This document shows, piece by piece, positions 16,899 to 30,450 of a stretch of 64,000 nt of DNA. The notes below the pieces were generated by a model. That model had not been told where the DNA came from, ran no database searches, and worked only from the letters and a program-made list of their open reading frames with translations. A program made the translations under genes and the position numbers. Source of the stretch: Pyrinomonadaceae bacterium (GTDB lineage Bacteria; Acidobacteriota; Blastocatellia; Pyrinomonadales; Pyrinomonadaceae); the NCBI GenBank assembly GCA_046313635.1, contig JBKBYA010000006.1, positions 128,001 to 192,000 on the forward strand. The letters run 5' to 3'. How positions within the stretch are numbered: the stretch's first letter is position 1; each line of letters begins with the position of its first letter.

Positions 16899-18254
16899 AT
16901 GTTCGACGAGTCACTGTTTGATCAGGTCCCGGCAGAGCCTTTGAAAGAAGGCGATTTTTTGTATGACTACGAGGTCAAGTCCTCGTGGGAGCGCTCGCCG
17001 TACATTTACAAGATCGTTGGCGTCTCGGCCGCGCTCAACCTGCTCATCGTGCTCGTCGCCGGCCAAACTTCGCTGCTGACCGCAAAAGGCTGCGACAGCC
17101 CGCTCGTCGGCCGCATGTGCCAGGTGCTCGATACCGTCTATATCGGAACTAAGCTTTTCTCGACCGAGCGCGAGTACGCCGACGCCGTTTACGAAAAGAC
17201 CGAACTCGAGGACGCAGATATAACCTTTGTCGACGTAAGCGGCCTCGAGGCGCCGCTCGAGTATCCGGAAGGCTACTTTAAGATCGCGAACCCCGAACAG
17301 GCGATGGCCTCGGCCGACTATTTCTCAAATCCGGCCGCCGGCTTTCCGTCCTTTCCGACGACGCCGTACAATCAGGGCCCGCCGCCTTCGAGCGGCGGCC
17401 TGATCAATACCAAGCCGAACATTCCGAAATCGAACCCTGATCCCGTCGAAGGCGAGCTGCCGACATTCGGCGACTCGAACACGGACACGGCCAACAACCG
17501 AAAGGGACGCGGCGGACGGCCGTCGGCGAACGCCAATAATTCGGTGGCCGACACAAACTCGAATTCGGGCGGCAGCTCGGAGACGAATGGCAATTCCGCA
17601 CAGAACGCCGAGGAGGAGGCCAAGGCAGATCAGTACGGCGTCTACATCAATAAGCGTCCGATCAAGGACCAGGCCAAGGAGACGCTCGAGCAGCTCGACG
17701 GCAACAAAGTGCAGCTCGACAAGTCGTTCAAGGTCGTCGTCAGCGGCAGTCTCGGTCTCGGCAAGGACGGAAAGACGATCGTCCTAAAAGACCCCAAGCG
17801 AGTGCCGGTCGACAAGAACGTGCCGAACGATCCGGCAATGGTCAAGCTCGTCGAGGATTGGATCACTGCCATCGGCGACGCTGGCTGGCTCGGCTATTTG
17901 ACCCGCGTTGAGCCAAAGCCCAAGAACGTCGTCATTACCGTCGAGCAGAACGAAACGGAACTGATCGCCAGCATCAAGGCCGACCAGCCGACCGAGGCTC
18001 AGGCCAACACGCAGTCGAGCTCGCTGGGCCTGCTGCTCGCCGGCGCGTCCGCTTTGACAAAGGGTGACGAGCAGGCATTTTTGCAAAAGGCTTCGGTCAA
18101 GGCCGACGGCAGATCATTCGTGCTGAACTTTGTGATCCCAAAGCAGGAAGCGCAGGAGATGATCCAGCGCAAGCTCGCCGAAGAAAAGGCAAAGGCCGCG
18201 CAGCCTAACAGCACGGCGGGCGTCGAGCCAAAGAACAGCACGTCGGGAAAGTAA
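16899..18254 (+). CDS. Hypothetical membrane-anchored protein with a Pro/Asn-rich linker
   Basis: Long ORF with host-like codon usage and one N-terminal hydrophobic helix; start uncertain. Confidence 0.75.
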   Translation: MFDESLFDQVPAEPLKEGDFLYDYEVKSSWERSPYIYKIVGVSAALNLLIVLVAGQTSLLTAKGCDSPLVGRMCQVLDTVYIGTKLFSTEREYADAVYEKTELEDADITFVDVSGLEAPLEYPEGYFKIANPEQAMASADYFSNPAAGFPSFPTTPYNQGPPPSSGGLINTKPNIPKSNPDPVEGELPTFGDSNTDTANNRKGRGGRPSANANNSVADTNSNSGGSSETNGNSAQNAEEEAKADQYGVYINKRPIKDQAKETLEQLDGNKVQLDKSFKVVVSGSLGLGKDGKTIVLKDPKRVPVDKNVPNDPAMVKLVEDWITAIGDAGWLGYLTRVEPKPKNVVITVEQNETELIASIKADQPTEAQANTQSSSLGLLLAGASALTKGDEQAFLQKASVKADGRSFVLNFVIPKQEAQEMIQRKLAEEKAKAAQPNSTAGVEPKNSTSGK

Positions 18255-18261
18255 TTTGTAC

Positions 18262-19014
18262 GTGAGCTATCGCAAGGGCCAAAATTCGATCATCTTCCTA
18301 GCCACGCTCGGCGTGTATCTCGGGCTCGTGCTTGCCGGCGGCGCGGCGCCGCAGGTCTATGCATATGCGGCGACCACTCGGGCCTTTGACGCGAGAGAAG
18401 AGATCGAGATCGGCGACGACTTTTTCGGCCCGCCCGACGGCGAGGACCGGTCTGACGTATCGCAGTCGCTCGGCGTCTACGTCGAGGATGTCGAGCAGCT
18501 GGTCAACGCGATCAGGAGGCTCGGGGCCGAGGGCCGCTTCACGACTGCAGCTGACCTATTCGAGGTCAGGCAAGACACTTACCTTCCGTGTATCGACTCA
18601 AATCGCGAGGGCAGCTACACGCCCCGGCGTTTTGTCGCGGCGAGCGAAAGTTTAAGACCCGCTCTCGCCCGATTCAGCTCGCAGACGGCATACGGCTATT
18701 CGCTTGGCGACTGCGTCGAAAACAAGTTCTACACTAAGCCGGCAACCGACTCGCAGGCTGAGTTCAAGCTCGACGCGGCCGGCCTCAAGGTACGCGTCAA
18801 GGTCAAGAGATCATCGATCGAATCGGCCGCCGCCCTCGTCGCGACGCTCAGCGGCGTCGGCCGCGCTATGCTTGCCCGCGAGGCCGCTCCGCTTAGAAAG
18901 GAAGTTCTTCGCAACACCGCTTTCTGGATCGACAACGATCAGGTCACCGTGATCACGCGTCTGCCCCGCGCCGCACTAGAGCCGCCGCTCGCCTCGGACG
19001 CACCGCAGCGGTGA
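18262..19014 (+). CDS. Hypothetical exported/membrane protein
   Basis: N-terminal hydrophobic helix; follows the previous gene directly; GTG start assumed. Confidence 0.68.
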   Translation: MSYRKGQNSIIFLATLGVYLGLVLAGGAAPQVYAYAATTRAFDAREEIEIGDDFFGPPDGEDRSDVSQSLGVYVEDVEQLVNAIRRLGAEGRFTTAADLFEVRQDTYLPCIDSNREGSYTPRRFVAASESLRPALARFSSQTAYGYSLGDCVENKFYTKPATDSQAEFKLDAAGLKVRVKVKRSSIESAAALVATLSGVGRAMLAREAAPLRKEVLRNTAFWIDNDQVTVITRLPRAALEPPLASDAPQR

Positions 19015-19166
19015 GAGTGATCGATCTTTCAAATTCCTTTTCCTTCACCTCGCCATTTCAATTTCTCAATTAAGCGTCGGGCCGCCGCTCGACCGCTCCG
19101 CCCTTGGATATCAGAGACGTCGCGCAGTGCCCGGCCCTGAAACTTCCAGGCGATGAAGAGGACAAA

Positions 19167-21977
<2,811 letters not shown>

Positions 21978-22003
21978 GACGCATCCGCACTGGGTTCAAA
22001 CAA

Positions 22004-22036
22004 AAAAGAGGCTGTCTGAAAAAGGCAGCCTCTTTT
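22004..22036. terminator. Intrinsic terminator after secA
   Basis: AAAAGAGGCTGTCT-gaaaa-AGGCAGCCTCTTTT. Confidence 0.8.
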
Positions 22037-22212
22037 GCATTTCTCTTGACGGCGCGCTTCGAGCAGCTTTGTTCTTGCGGCTGCGCCGCGAGGAGAATTG
22101 AAAGCACTTTCAAAAATGCGGCGCCCTTCCGCACAGCACTGCGGCCGAGCCGCTGATGAGAATTTGAAGCACTTTCGGAAAGCCTCTCGGACGCAGCAAC
22201 CCGAGATTCCGC

Positions 22213-23295
22213 TCACAAAAAATACCCGATCATCTCCTCGAAAGACATCGCCTCCTGCATCCATTCGCGCAGCAGTGAGACGCCGCTGTCTTTGTACTCC
22301 TTGCACGGCTGCGTGGCCTTGGCTCTCTTGGTCGTAAATACTTCTTTGCCGTTCGACGGGCATCGCCACGCTGCGGTATAGACGTGATCGGCGCGGCCGT
22401 CGGGACTGCAGGCCAAAGTTCCCTTTACAAGCTGCCACTTACATGCACACGGGCCGACGCCTTTCGCGTCGCGAGCGGTCGTATTGGGCAGGAAGTCGGG
22501 ATCGTCCGGATCGAGCCCGGGCGGAAAGCGATCGACCGGGCCGTCCTTAGGCAGCGTGTATATATCTATCCGGGGCATAGAGTAGGTGCCCTCGGGATTT
22601 CGCGTGACGTCGGTATCGTTCGGAATGCCGTCGCAGTCGATGTCGCGCGACGGATCACACGGAGTGCCGGTCCGCGCGGCTGTCCTTATCGAGTCGCAGC
22701 ATACCTTACTGCCGATCTGTGCCTGCACCTCGCTGCGGATGATAGTGAGATAAGCGCCGAGCGCGAGTTTGTCGCCTGGGATCGGATTCTTGCCCGTGAA
22801 GACGGAATAGCCGCAGACCGAGACTCTTACAAGGTCGCCCTGCGTCGCAACGAGCGGCGCCTGCACATCGCTGCATGCCGCTCCGCGATCGAACCACGGC
22901 AGCGACGGCTCGTCGCAGCGGTCCGACCCTTTCCCGCCGCCGCCCGAGCCGCCGCACGCCCGCATCAGCGCCTTATAGGCCGGGCATGACGCCCGATCGC
23001 CCTGCGTCGCTTTAAGCGAATCACAGATCGCGGCCTTGTCGCCGGGCGGCACTCCGTCGAGTGCTCCGCCGGCGTTGTCGGCCGGAAGCGGCCCGCCCCA
23101 GCAGGCCGGCGGCTTGGCAAGCACGACGTAATTCATCGTGTTGTCGCCGCAAAAGATGGTACATGCGGGCTTACGGTTTGGCTGTGGAAAGTTTTGCTGG
23201 CTCACGACGACCCGGCCCGGCGAATAGAGCGATGCAGCCGCGGCCAGGACGACCGAACAACGCAGCGCGGCTTTGACGAGAGTTCGTACTCGCAT
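22213..23295 (-). CDS. Secreted cysteine-rich hypothetical protein
   Basis: Strong SD (GGGGAGGT), signal-like N-terminus, 19 Cys, DIDCDGIPNDTD Ca-binding-like motif. Confidence 0.75.
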   Translation of the reverse strand: MRVRTLVKAALRCSVVLAAAASLYSPGRVVVSQQNFPQPNRKPACTIFCGDNTMNYVVLAKPPACWGGPLPADNAGGALDGVPPGDKAAICDSLKATQGDRASCPAYKALMRACGGSGGGGKGSDRCDEPSLPWFDRGAACSDVQAPLVATQGDLVRVSVCGYSVFTGKNPIPGDKLALGAYLTIIRSEVQAQIGSKVCCDSIRTAARTGTPCDPSRDIDCDGIPNDTDVTRNPEGTYSMPRIDIYTLPKDGPVDRFPPGLDPDDPDFLPNTTARDAKGVGPCACKWQLVKGTLACSPDGRADHVYTAAWRCPSNGKEVFTTKRAKATQPCKEYKDSGVSLLREWMQEAMSFEEMIGYFL

Positions 23296-23431
23296 TTTTT
23301 TACCTCCCCAGATCAAATGAACTGCTCGATAAACTTGGCGTTCACCGCCGGCACGCCAACGCTCCTCCGACGCGCGAAGTGCCGCACGAGGCCGACCGCG
23401 CGTCACGGGCGGCCTCGGCGCGATAAACGAT

Positions 23432-24016
23432 CTACTTGTTGGCCGCGGCCGTATTGGCGGCTGCGGGCTTGTCGCCGTCGGCCCTGGCCGCTCCGGCTTT
23501 CTTGTCGGTGATCTGGGCGTGGATCAACTTCCAGCCGTCGGGCTGCTTATGCATCACCCAAGTGACCATCGAATTACGGTCTTCGCTCTTGCCGTCCATT
23601 ACGGTCTTGCCCGTCGCCCCAGCGTAGACAAAGGCCCCGTCGCCCGCCGGGTGGCAGCGTACCTTTATGTCGTTGAACTTTAGACCTTCCCATTTGATCT
23701 TGCCTGACCTGATCTGCTCCAATCGCGAAGCCTTGGTCTGCAGATCGCCGTTCTGATCGATAAGCGTATAGCTGTCGTCGTAGAACTTTGCGACCGCGTC
23801 AGCGTCATTCTTGTTGAGCGCGGCCTCAAAATCGGACACGAACTTCTTCAATTCGGCCTCGACCGCTGCCGTGTCAGCGGGTTTGGCGGTGTTGGCCGTG
23901 TTGGCGGACAAATTTGCCGTTTTGTTAGCGTTGCCGCTGTTGGCCGCGGGCTCGCCGCAGCCGAATAGGATCGCCGACGCCGCAAATGCGAGCGTCGCCG
24001 TGAGCAAGCGTTTCAT
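23432..24016 (-). CDS. Lipoprotein with an NTF2-like/DUF4440 domain
   Basis: Lipobox LFGC, Asn/Ala linker, AALNKNDADAV...GWKLIHAQ; SD AAGGAG. Confidence 0.85.
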   Translation of the reverse strand: MKRLLTATLAFAASAILFGCGEPAANSGNANKTANLSANTANTAKPADTAAVEAELKKFVSDFEAALNKNDADAVAKFYDDSYTLIDQNGDLQTKASRLEQIRSGKIKWEGLKFNDIKVRCHPAGDGAFVYAGATGKTVMDGKSEDRNSMVTWVMHKQPDGWKLIHAQITDKKAGAARADGDKPAAANTAAANK

Positions 24017-24402
24017 AATTCGATCTCCTTTAAGGCGTACTCGAATGGATGCGGTTCCGGCGAGACGGCAGCCTTCGTCGCAGCATCCGTCAGCGGCGAA
24101 GAACTCGCGATCGGGTGGATGATTTGGGATTGCGTGATTTATACGCCTGAACGCCCCACGCGTCAAGACCGACGCGGCGACAGGTGCTGCCGCCGCCGGA
24201 TGCGTTATGATCCTTTCGGCCTGTCGCCAACTCTCATATGAAACAAAAGATCGGGATCACTTTGCTCGTCCTGTCGTCGCAGCTGTGGGCGGTGATCGCT
24301 CAGCAGACCGAGCGAGGCACAAAGACGGCAGGCCGGTGACGGTGATCGGGCTGGTCGAATACTCCTTCGAGATCTACTGAGACCTTCACCAACAGAAAGG
24401 GT

Positions 24403-24532
24403 GAAGAGGCTGTCTGAACCGGCGGCCTCTTATTTATTGGATCGGTCTTCTCGCGCGGCACAGCCGCAGGATCGCACGGCAGGCGCACGGGAGCGAAATG
24501 CAAAAGAGACTGCCATTTCAGACAGTCTCTTC
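24403..24532. mobile_element. Possible 130-bp MITE or paired terminators
   Basis: Ends GAAGAGGCTGTCTGAA and TTCAGACAGTCTCTTC form a 16-bp inverted repeat with 1 mismatch; each end is also its own hairpin. Confidence 0.45.
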
Positions 24533-24576
24533 TGTGTCCGACACTAAGAACGCCGTCACGGCCGGCAGCGGAATTT

Positions 24577-25848
24577 TTACTTCCCGATCTTCTTGATACT
24601 TCCCTGCCCGCTGATCTGGCGGCGGCCGGCGACGCGTTCGGCCTGCGCGAGGGCTCTTAGGAAATTCTCGCCGAGGACCTTGCGTATCTCGGCTTCGGTG
24701 TAGCCGCGGCGGAGCATCTCGTAGGTGACGAGGACGAGGTCTTCCATGCCGTTCATTCCCGCGGGGAGGAACGGCACGCCGTCGTAGTCGGAGCCGAGCC
24801 CGACGTGATCGATGCCGGCGACCTTTTTGATGTGGTCGATGTGGTCGACGATCCGCGTGTACGGAGCGACGTAGATCGGGTTGTCGGCGAGCAGCTTGCG
24901 CTCGGCCTCGTTAAAGCCGGCCGGATCGTTCTTGTACCGCTCGCGGAGCTTCTCGATCTGCGGGCGGAGGCGAGCCGAGCGGTCGTTCTCCTCCTTGTTG
25001 GTCCGCTCGTCGAGAAACGAGGGGTAAAAGACGACCATGATCACGCCGCCATTCTTCGGGAGCCGGCGAAGGACGTCGTCCGGGACGTTGCGGGTGTGAT
25101 TCGAGACGCCGCGGGCGCCCGAGTGAGACGCGATCACCGGGGCGGTCGCGATGTCGAGCACGTCGTGCATCACCTTGTCCGAGACGTGCGAGATGTCGAC
25201 GAGCATTCCGAGCCGGTTCATCTCGCGGACAACCTCTTTGCCAAAGTCGGTCAGGCCGTTGTTCTTGATATCGCGATGAGCGTCGGCCCACGCGGTCGCC
25301 GAGTTGTGCGTGAGCGTCATGTAGCGGATGCCGAGCCGGTAAAAATTGCGAAGCGCGTAGAGCGAGTTCTCGATCGCGTAGCCGCCCTCGATGCCCATCA
25401 GAGCGCATGTCTTGCCGAGCCGCTTTGCGCGGCGAATGTCGGCGGCGGTCGTGCACATCATCAGCTGCCGAGGGTGACGCTCGACCTCGCGGTACGTCGC
25501 GTCGATCAGGTCCATCGCCCGCCGCATCGCTCCGCCGGTCTGCAGCGTGCTGCCCGAGACGTAGATCGAAAAGAACTCGCCCGTGATGCCGCTCGCCTTA
25601 AAGCGTGCGAGGTCTGTATGGAACGGATCGCCGTCTCGATGAAACTTGCCCACGGTGTCTGTAGCGAGATCGAGGTCCTCGTCAACCATCGGTGAAGTGA
25701 TGTCGTTGTGCCCGTCGATGATGATCGCGCGGCGATGGATCGCGAGGGCCCGGGCCCAGAGCCTGGGATCTGCGTCCGTCGGCATCGTCTGCGCGAGAGC
25801 CGGCAGGCCGGCGGCGAGAAGCAGAAAGAGAGCGATGATCTTTTTCAT
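24577..25848 (-). CDS. Secreted membrane dipeptidase (peptidase M19)
   Basis: Signal peptide; DGHND, GIEG, TLTHN, VDISHVS, IASHS, RNVPD, GSDYDG, GENFLR. Confidence 0.93.
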   Translation of the reverse strand: MKKIIALFLLLAAGLPALAQTMPTDADPRLWARALAIHRRAIIIDGHNDITSPMVDEDLDLATDTVGKFHRDGDPFHTDLARFKASGITGEFFSIYVSGSTLQTGGAMRRAMDLIDATYREVERHPRQLMMCTTAADIRRAKRLGKTCALMGIEGGYAIENSLYALRNFYRLGIRYMTLTHNSATAWADAHRDIKNNGLTDFGKEVVREMNRLGMLVDISHVSDKVMHDVLDIATAPVIASHSGARGVSNHTRNVPDDVLRRLPKNGGVIMVVFYPSFLDERTNKEENDRSARLRPQIEKLRERYKNDPAGFNEAERKLLADNPIYVAPYTRIVDHIDHIKKVAGIDHVGLGSDYDGVPFLPAGMNGMEDLVLVTYEMLRRGYTEAEIRKVLGENFLRALAQAERVAGRRQISGQGSIKKIGK

Positions 25849-25904
25849 ATCGTTCAGAGAGGAGAGGATCGATTTTGAGTAATCTTAGCTTTTTTGCCGG
25901 CAAA

Positions 25905-25935
25905 CAAAAAAGGAACGGCCCGACGCGGGCCGTTC
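25905..25935 (-). terminator. Intrinsic terminator
   Basis: GAACGGCCCG-acg-CGGGCCGTTC with a U-tract on the minus strand. Confidence 0.75.
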
Positions 25936-25965
25936 ACGAGAGTTTTTTTGAGGAGAGATGCCAGA

Positions 25966-26268
25966 TCAGTAATTGCGGTTGCGGTAGTACGTCCGGTTAT
26001 AGCGGTTGTATTTGCGGTTGATGCGGCGCTGCTCGCGAGGCGAGATACGATTGTCGCGCCACGAGCGTCGATACGTCCGCCGCAGCTGTCTGCGCTGGCG
26101 ACGCTCTTTGTACCAGCCGCGATGGCGTCCCTGCGTCCAGCCGAGATGACGGCCGCGGTTGCCCTGCCAGCTCGCGCGTCCGGGCTGAGCGTTTGCCGTC
26201 CCGACATACATTCCCGCGAGCATCGCGATGCTCGCAATGACTACAGTCAGTGTTCTGAGATATTTCAT
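25966..26268 (-). CDS. Small secreted Arg-rich protein
   Basis: SD GGAGGAG, signal peptide ending ANA, GRHLGW/GRHRGW motif, own terminator. Confidence 0.75.
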   Translation of the reverse strand: MKYLRTLTVVIASIAMLAGMYVGTANAQPGRASWQGNRGRHLGWTQGRHRGWYKERRQRRQLRRTYRRSWRDNRISPREQRRINRKYNRYNRTYYRNRNY

Positions 26269-26353
26269 CTTCTCCTCCGTAAGTTCTTGGTTCTGAATGG
26301 CCGGTGCCATTCCGCAGATCGACCTGCAAGCACGGTTCCAGACGCGGTCGCGT

Positions 26354-27226
26354 CTAGCTTAACAGCGGATAGCTCAACAGCGGAAAGAATCGGCCCTCGA
26401 TCTTATGTCCTTTCGGTATCACGGGCACGCCCGCGAGCAGCGGCTCGTCGGTATCAGAGAAGACGCCGTCGCGAAAGACGTTTATCACCGCCGCTCGACG
26501 CGGGCGCTTCGACGTATTTGCAAAAGAGCCGTGCACCAGCAGCGGATGATGAAAGCTCGCTTCGCCGGCCTTGAGCTCGATCGGCACGGGGTCGAACTCG
26601 GCCCGCTGCCGCGGCGAGAGACACTCAAAGATCGCGTCCATGTCGCTTGCCAGTTCGCCGCGCGGCAGCAGGTCCCAACGGTGGCTGCCCGGCACGTAGT
26701 GGACGCAGCCGTTCTCGATCGTCGAATCGTCGAGACCTATCCAGCACGTCAGGTGTGCGACCGGCCTTGTCCTCGTCCAGTACGAGTAGTCCTGATGCCA
26801 GGCGACCACGCCGCCGTCGCGCGCGGGCTTGACGAAAAGCTGATCGTGCCAGAGGCGCACGGGCCCGCCGAGCAGCTGCTCGGCCGCGGTCGTGAACGCC
26901 GGATGGAACAACAGATCGTGAAAGGCCGGCGATACGCGCCACGCTCCGAGCGCGTGAAAAAGCGTGCGGTCCGGGTCGCCCGATTCGTCATGGTGGTACT
27001 CGTAAAAGAGCGGATCGTCCTGCCGGCCGGGGGCCATCAGTTCGGCGAGCTCCGCGCGGAGCAGTTCGATCTGCTCGTCGGTCAGCACGCGAATTCCGGC
27101 CAGGTAGCCGTTCTCTTCAAAGAACGCGATCTGATCGGCGTCGAGCGCCGCGACGCCGCAGGCCTCGCCAAAGGCGTCGGTCAGCGGCATCGCAAATTCC
27201 GAAAGGTCGGTCATGCTCTCCATCAT
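26354..27226 (-). CDS. Phytanoyl-CoA dioxygenase family (Fe/2-oxoglutarate)
   Basis: [35 protein letters not shown]...PRR; start uncertain (27226, 27223 or 27214). Confidence 0.9.
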   Translation of the reverse strand: MMESMTDLSEFAMPLTDAFGEACGVAALDADQIAFFEENGYLAGIRVLTDEQIELLRAELAELMAPGRQDDPLFYEYHHDESGDPDRTLFHALGAWRVSPAFHDLLFHPAFTTAAEQLLGGPVRLWHDQLFVKPARDGGVVAWHQDYSYWTRTRPVAHLTCWIGLDDSTIENGCVHYVPGSHRWDLLPRGELASDMDAIFECLSPRQRAEFDPVPIELKAGEASFHHPLLVHGSFANTSKRPRRAAVINVFRDGVFSDTDEPLLAGVPVIPKGHKIEGRFFPLLSYPLLS

Positions 27227-27434
27227 AATTCCGGACGCCGCAAAACTGAATCGAGTGGTACTCAGATTGCAATCCGCTCGATCACCGGCAGCGTCCGCTT
27301 CGCTGAAGGGCCAAAACTCCACCATATCCCCTCAAAGTTCTATTCGTTTGCCGCCCTCCGCCGTCCCGAATGACGAGATTTGTCACGCAGCTGGTGACAA
27401 AACGCGGCAAAATGCCGCTCGTTCACAACCTTAT

Positions 27435-30380
27435 ATGACGAACGCCCTCACGGAGCCTCTCGACGAGATGGATGTGAAGTTTCAAAAACCGCTGATCGAA
27501 CAGCCCGACGCCTTTCGCACCTTTGTCGAAGAATTGCCGGTCATCTTTTACGCGGTCGAGCCGGCGCCGCCGTATTCGCCGATCTACGTCAGCCCGGCGT
27601 TTGCCGCCTTTGGGTATCCGCTCGAGATGTGGACAACCGACCCGGACGTCTGGCTGCGCGTCATTCATCCCGACGATCAGGAACGCGTCTTTGGCGAAAC
27701 GAGATCGTCGACGCTCTCCGGCAAGGAGGTCGAGTACGAATATCGCATCGTCGCCGCCGACGGCTCGATCCGGTGGGTGCACGATCGCGGGCACCTTGTA
27801 AAGGACTCGCGTGGGAATATCGTTCGGCGGCAGGGCGTCATCTTTGACATCACGCAGCAAAAGCTCGCCGACCTCGAGCTCGAAGAGAGCGAGACACGCT
27901 ACCGCGATCTTTTTGAAAAGGCCTCGGACCTGATCTACGTGATCGACCTCGACGGTCGATACGTCTCGATCAACGATGCTTGCGCAAGGGTCTTTGGCTA
28001 CACGCGAGAGGAGGCGCTCCAGCTTACCTGGCGGGACATTACCGCTCCCGACCAGCACGACGCGATCAGGCAGCGCATCCAAGAGAAGATCGCCGGACTT
28101 GCCAACGAGACGACGTACGAGGCCGACTGCATCACCAAGGATGGTCGCCGCGTCACGCTCGAGATCAACAGCGGACTGCTCTACAAAGACGGAGTTCCGG
28201 TCGGCATTCAGGGTGTCGCCCGCGACATCACCGAGCGCAAGCGCACCGAGGAGGCGCTCATACGCCGCGAGCGCGAGTACCGTGACCTCTTTGAGAACGC
28301 CAATGACCTGATATTCACCCAAGACCTGGAGGGCAACTTTACTTCGCTCAATCGGGCAGGCGAGCGGATCACGGGCTACAGCCGCGAAGAGGCCGTAAAG
28401 ATGAATATGTCGGAGGTCGTGGCGCCGGAGTTTCTCGAGGCGGCGCGAAAGATGGTCAAGAACAAGCTCGCGGGCGACGCGTCGGCGTCATACGAGCTCG
28501 AGATCATCGCAAAGGACGGCCGCCGCGTCTCGCTCGATCTCAGCACGCGTCTCATAGTCAAGGACGGCCGCCCTGTGGGCGTGCAGGGCATCGGCCGCGA
28601 CATCACCGAGAGAAAGCGTGCCGAGCGCGAGCTGCACGAGACTCTCTCGCTGCTCGCCTCGACCTTTGAATCCACGGCCGACGGCATCGTCGTCTTTGAC
28701 GAGCAGCTCCAGATCATCAGTTATAACCGCAAGTTCATCCAGATGTGGCAGGTGCCCGGCGAGATCCTCGCGACGCGCGACGGCCGGCAGCTGGCGGCAT
28801 ACGCCGTCTCGCTGCTCAAAGATCCCGAGGAGGGACTCGCGCAACTGCAAGAGTTGTTGGATGACCCGCTCGCTGTCGGAGAGCACATGTTGGAGCTGGC
28901 GGACGGCCGCGTGTTTGAAAGATACTCGCAGCCGCGCTTTCTGAAGGGCAAGCCGATGGGCCGCGTGTGCTGCTATCGCGACATCACGGAACGCAAACGC
29001 GCCGAGGAGATGCTGCGTCACCATGCGCTTCATGACACGCTGACGAGTCTGCCCAATCGGACCGAGTTCATGAAGCATCTCACTACCGCGGTCGAGAGGA
29101 CCAAGCGCAACCCGTCGGCGCGCTTTGCCGTGCTGTTTCTCGATCTCGATCGCTTTAAGGTCATCAACGACAGTCTCGGTCACGTCGTCGGCGACAAACT
29201 GCTCATCGCGATCGCCGAGCGGCTGCGGGCCTCGGTCAGGCCGGGCGACGTCATCGCGCGGCTCGGCGGCGACGAGTTTACGATCCTGCTCAATCGTACG
29301 GGCGACCCGGACGAGGTGGCCAAGGTGGCCGAGCGGCTGCTGTCCAAGATCTCCGAGCCCTTCAAGCTCGACAGTTACGAGGTCTTTACGTCCGCGAGCA
29401 TCGGCATCATCCTCTCCGACGATCTGCATCGCGACCCCGAGGACTTTCTTCGCGATGCCGACGCCGCGATGTACCGCGCAAAAGAGACCGGCAAGGCTCG
29501 CTACGAGATCTTTGACCGCGAAATGCACAAGCACAATCTCCACGCGCTGCAGCTCGAGCTCGACCTGCGTCGGGCCATCGAGCGTAACGAGTTTGAGATC
29601 CATTACCAGCCGATAGTGATGCTCGACTCGGGGCGCGTAAACGAATTTGAGGCGCTGATCCGCTGGCGTCACCCGCAGCGCGGCCTGATCCTCCCAGACC
29701 ACTTTATCCGTGTCGCCGAGGAGACGGGAATGATCATTCCGATCGGCGAATGGATACTTGAGAAGGCCTGCCGCCAAACGGCGGAATGGCAGAGGTCGTG
29801 TTCGACCCTGCTCTCGGTGAGCGTCAACCTCTCTGCAAAGCAGCTAATGCATCCGCACCTGACATCGGTGGTCAAACGGATACTCAACGACTCCGGACTC
29901 AGCCCGCGGCAGCTCAAACTCGAGGTCACCGAGAGCACCGTGATGGAGCACAGCGACAACTCGCATGACGTGCTCAACGAGCTGGCCGAGCTCGGCGTAC
30001 TGCTGTCGACCGATGACTTCGGCACGGGCTACTCGAGCCTCAGCTACCTTCATCGCTTCCCTTTCAGCCGTCTTAAGATCGACCGTTCTTTCGTATGCAA
30101 AATGGCCGACGACCGGAAGAGCGAGGCGATCGTCAAGTCGATCCTGATGCTCGGTCAAAACCTCAACATCGAGGTGGTCGCCGAGGGTATCGAGACCGAC
30201 ATTCAGCTCAGACTGCTGAGGGGACTCGGATGTGAGCTCGGCCAGGGCTATCGATTTTCGCCGGGGGTCGCTGCCGACGAGGTGCAGGGCATGCTGCAGG
30301 CGGCCTTTACGGTCGGCGGCGCGTCGAATGACGAGTTTGCCGACGTGTCTTCGCCGGTCGAGGTCGCCGAGGTCCAGTAA
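27435..30380 (+). CDS. 4xPAS-GGDEF-EAL c-di-GMP signalling protein
   Basis: Four PAS/PAC units ending (R/F)DIT; DLDRFK, RLGGDEF, FEALIRW, DDFGTGYSSL, VAEGIE. Confidence 0.96.
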   Translation: MTNALTEPLDEMDVKFQKPLIEQPDAFRTFVEELPVIFYAVEPAPPYSPIYVSPAFAAFGYPLEMWTTDPDVWLRVIHPDDQERVFGETRSSTLSGKEVEYEYRIVAADGSIRWVHDRGHLVKDSRGNIVRRQGVIFDITQQKLADLELEESETRYRDLFEKASDLIYVIDLDGRYVSINDACARVFGYTREEALQLTWRDITAPDQHDAIRQRIQEKIAGLANETTYEADCITKDGRRVTLEINSGLLYKDGVPVGIQGVARDITERKRTEEALIRREREYRDLFENANDLIFTQDLEGNFTSLNRAGERITGYSREEAVKMNMSEVVAPEFLEAARKMVKNKLAGDASASYELEIIAKDGRRVSLDLSTRLIVKDGRPVGVQGIGRDITERKRAERELHETLSLLASTFESTADGIVVFDEQLQIISYNRKFIQMWQVPGEILATRDGRQLAAYAVSLLKDPEEGLAQLQELLDDPLAVGEHMLELADGRVFERYSQPRFLKGKPMGRVCCYRDITERKRAEEMLRHHALHDTLTSLPNRTEFMKHLTTAVERTKRNPSARFAVLFLDLDRFKVINDSLGHVVGDKLLIAIAERLRASVRPGDVIARLGGDEFTILLNRTGDPDEVAKVAERLLSKISEPFKLDSYEVFTSASIGIILSDDLHRDPEDFLRDADAAMYRAKETGKARYEIFDREMHKHNLHALQLELDLRRAIERNEFEIHYQPIVMLDSGRVNEFEALIRWRHPQRGLILPDHFIRVAEETGMIIPIGEWILEKACRQTAEWQRSCSTLLSVSVNLSAKQLMHPHLTSVVKRILNDSGLSPRQLKLEVTESTVMEHSDNSHDVLNELAELGVLLSTDDFGTGYSSLSYLHRFPFSRLKIDRSFVCKMADDRKSEAIVKSILMLGQNLNIEVVAEGIETDIQLRLLRGLGCELGQGYRFSPGVAADEVQGMLQAAFTVGGASNDEFADVSSPVEVAEVQ

Positions 30381-30450
30381 CGAGAATTGAGGGCCGAAGC
30401 GGTGTCACCCGTCTCGGCCCACGCCGGCAAATGCTGAATGCTCCGTACGA

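Noticed and set aside
24238..24339. 33-codon ORF MKQKIGITLLVLSS...
   Set aside because: Too short to call as a gene; possibly a remnant, with no supporting homology
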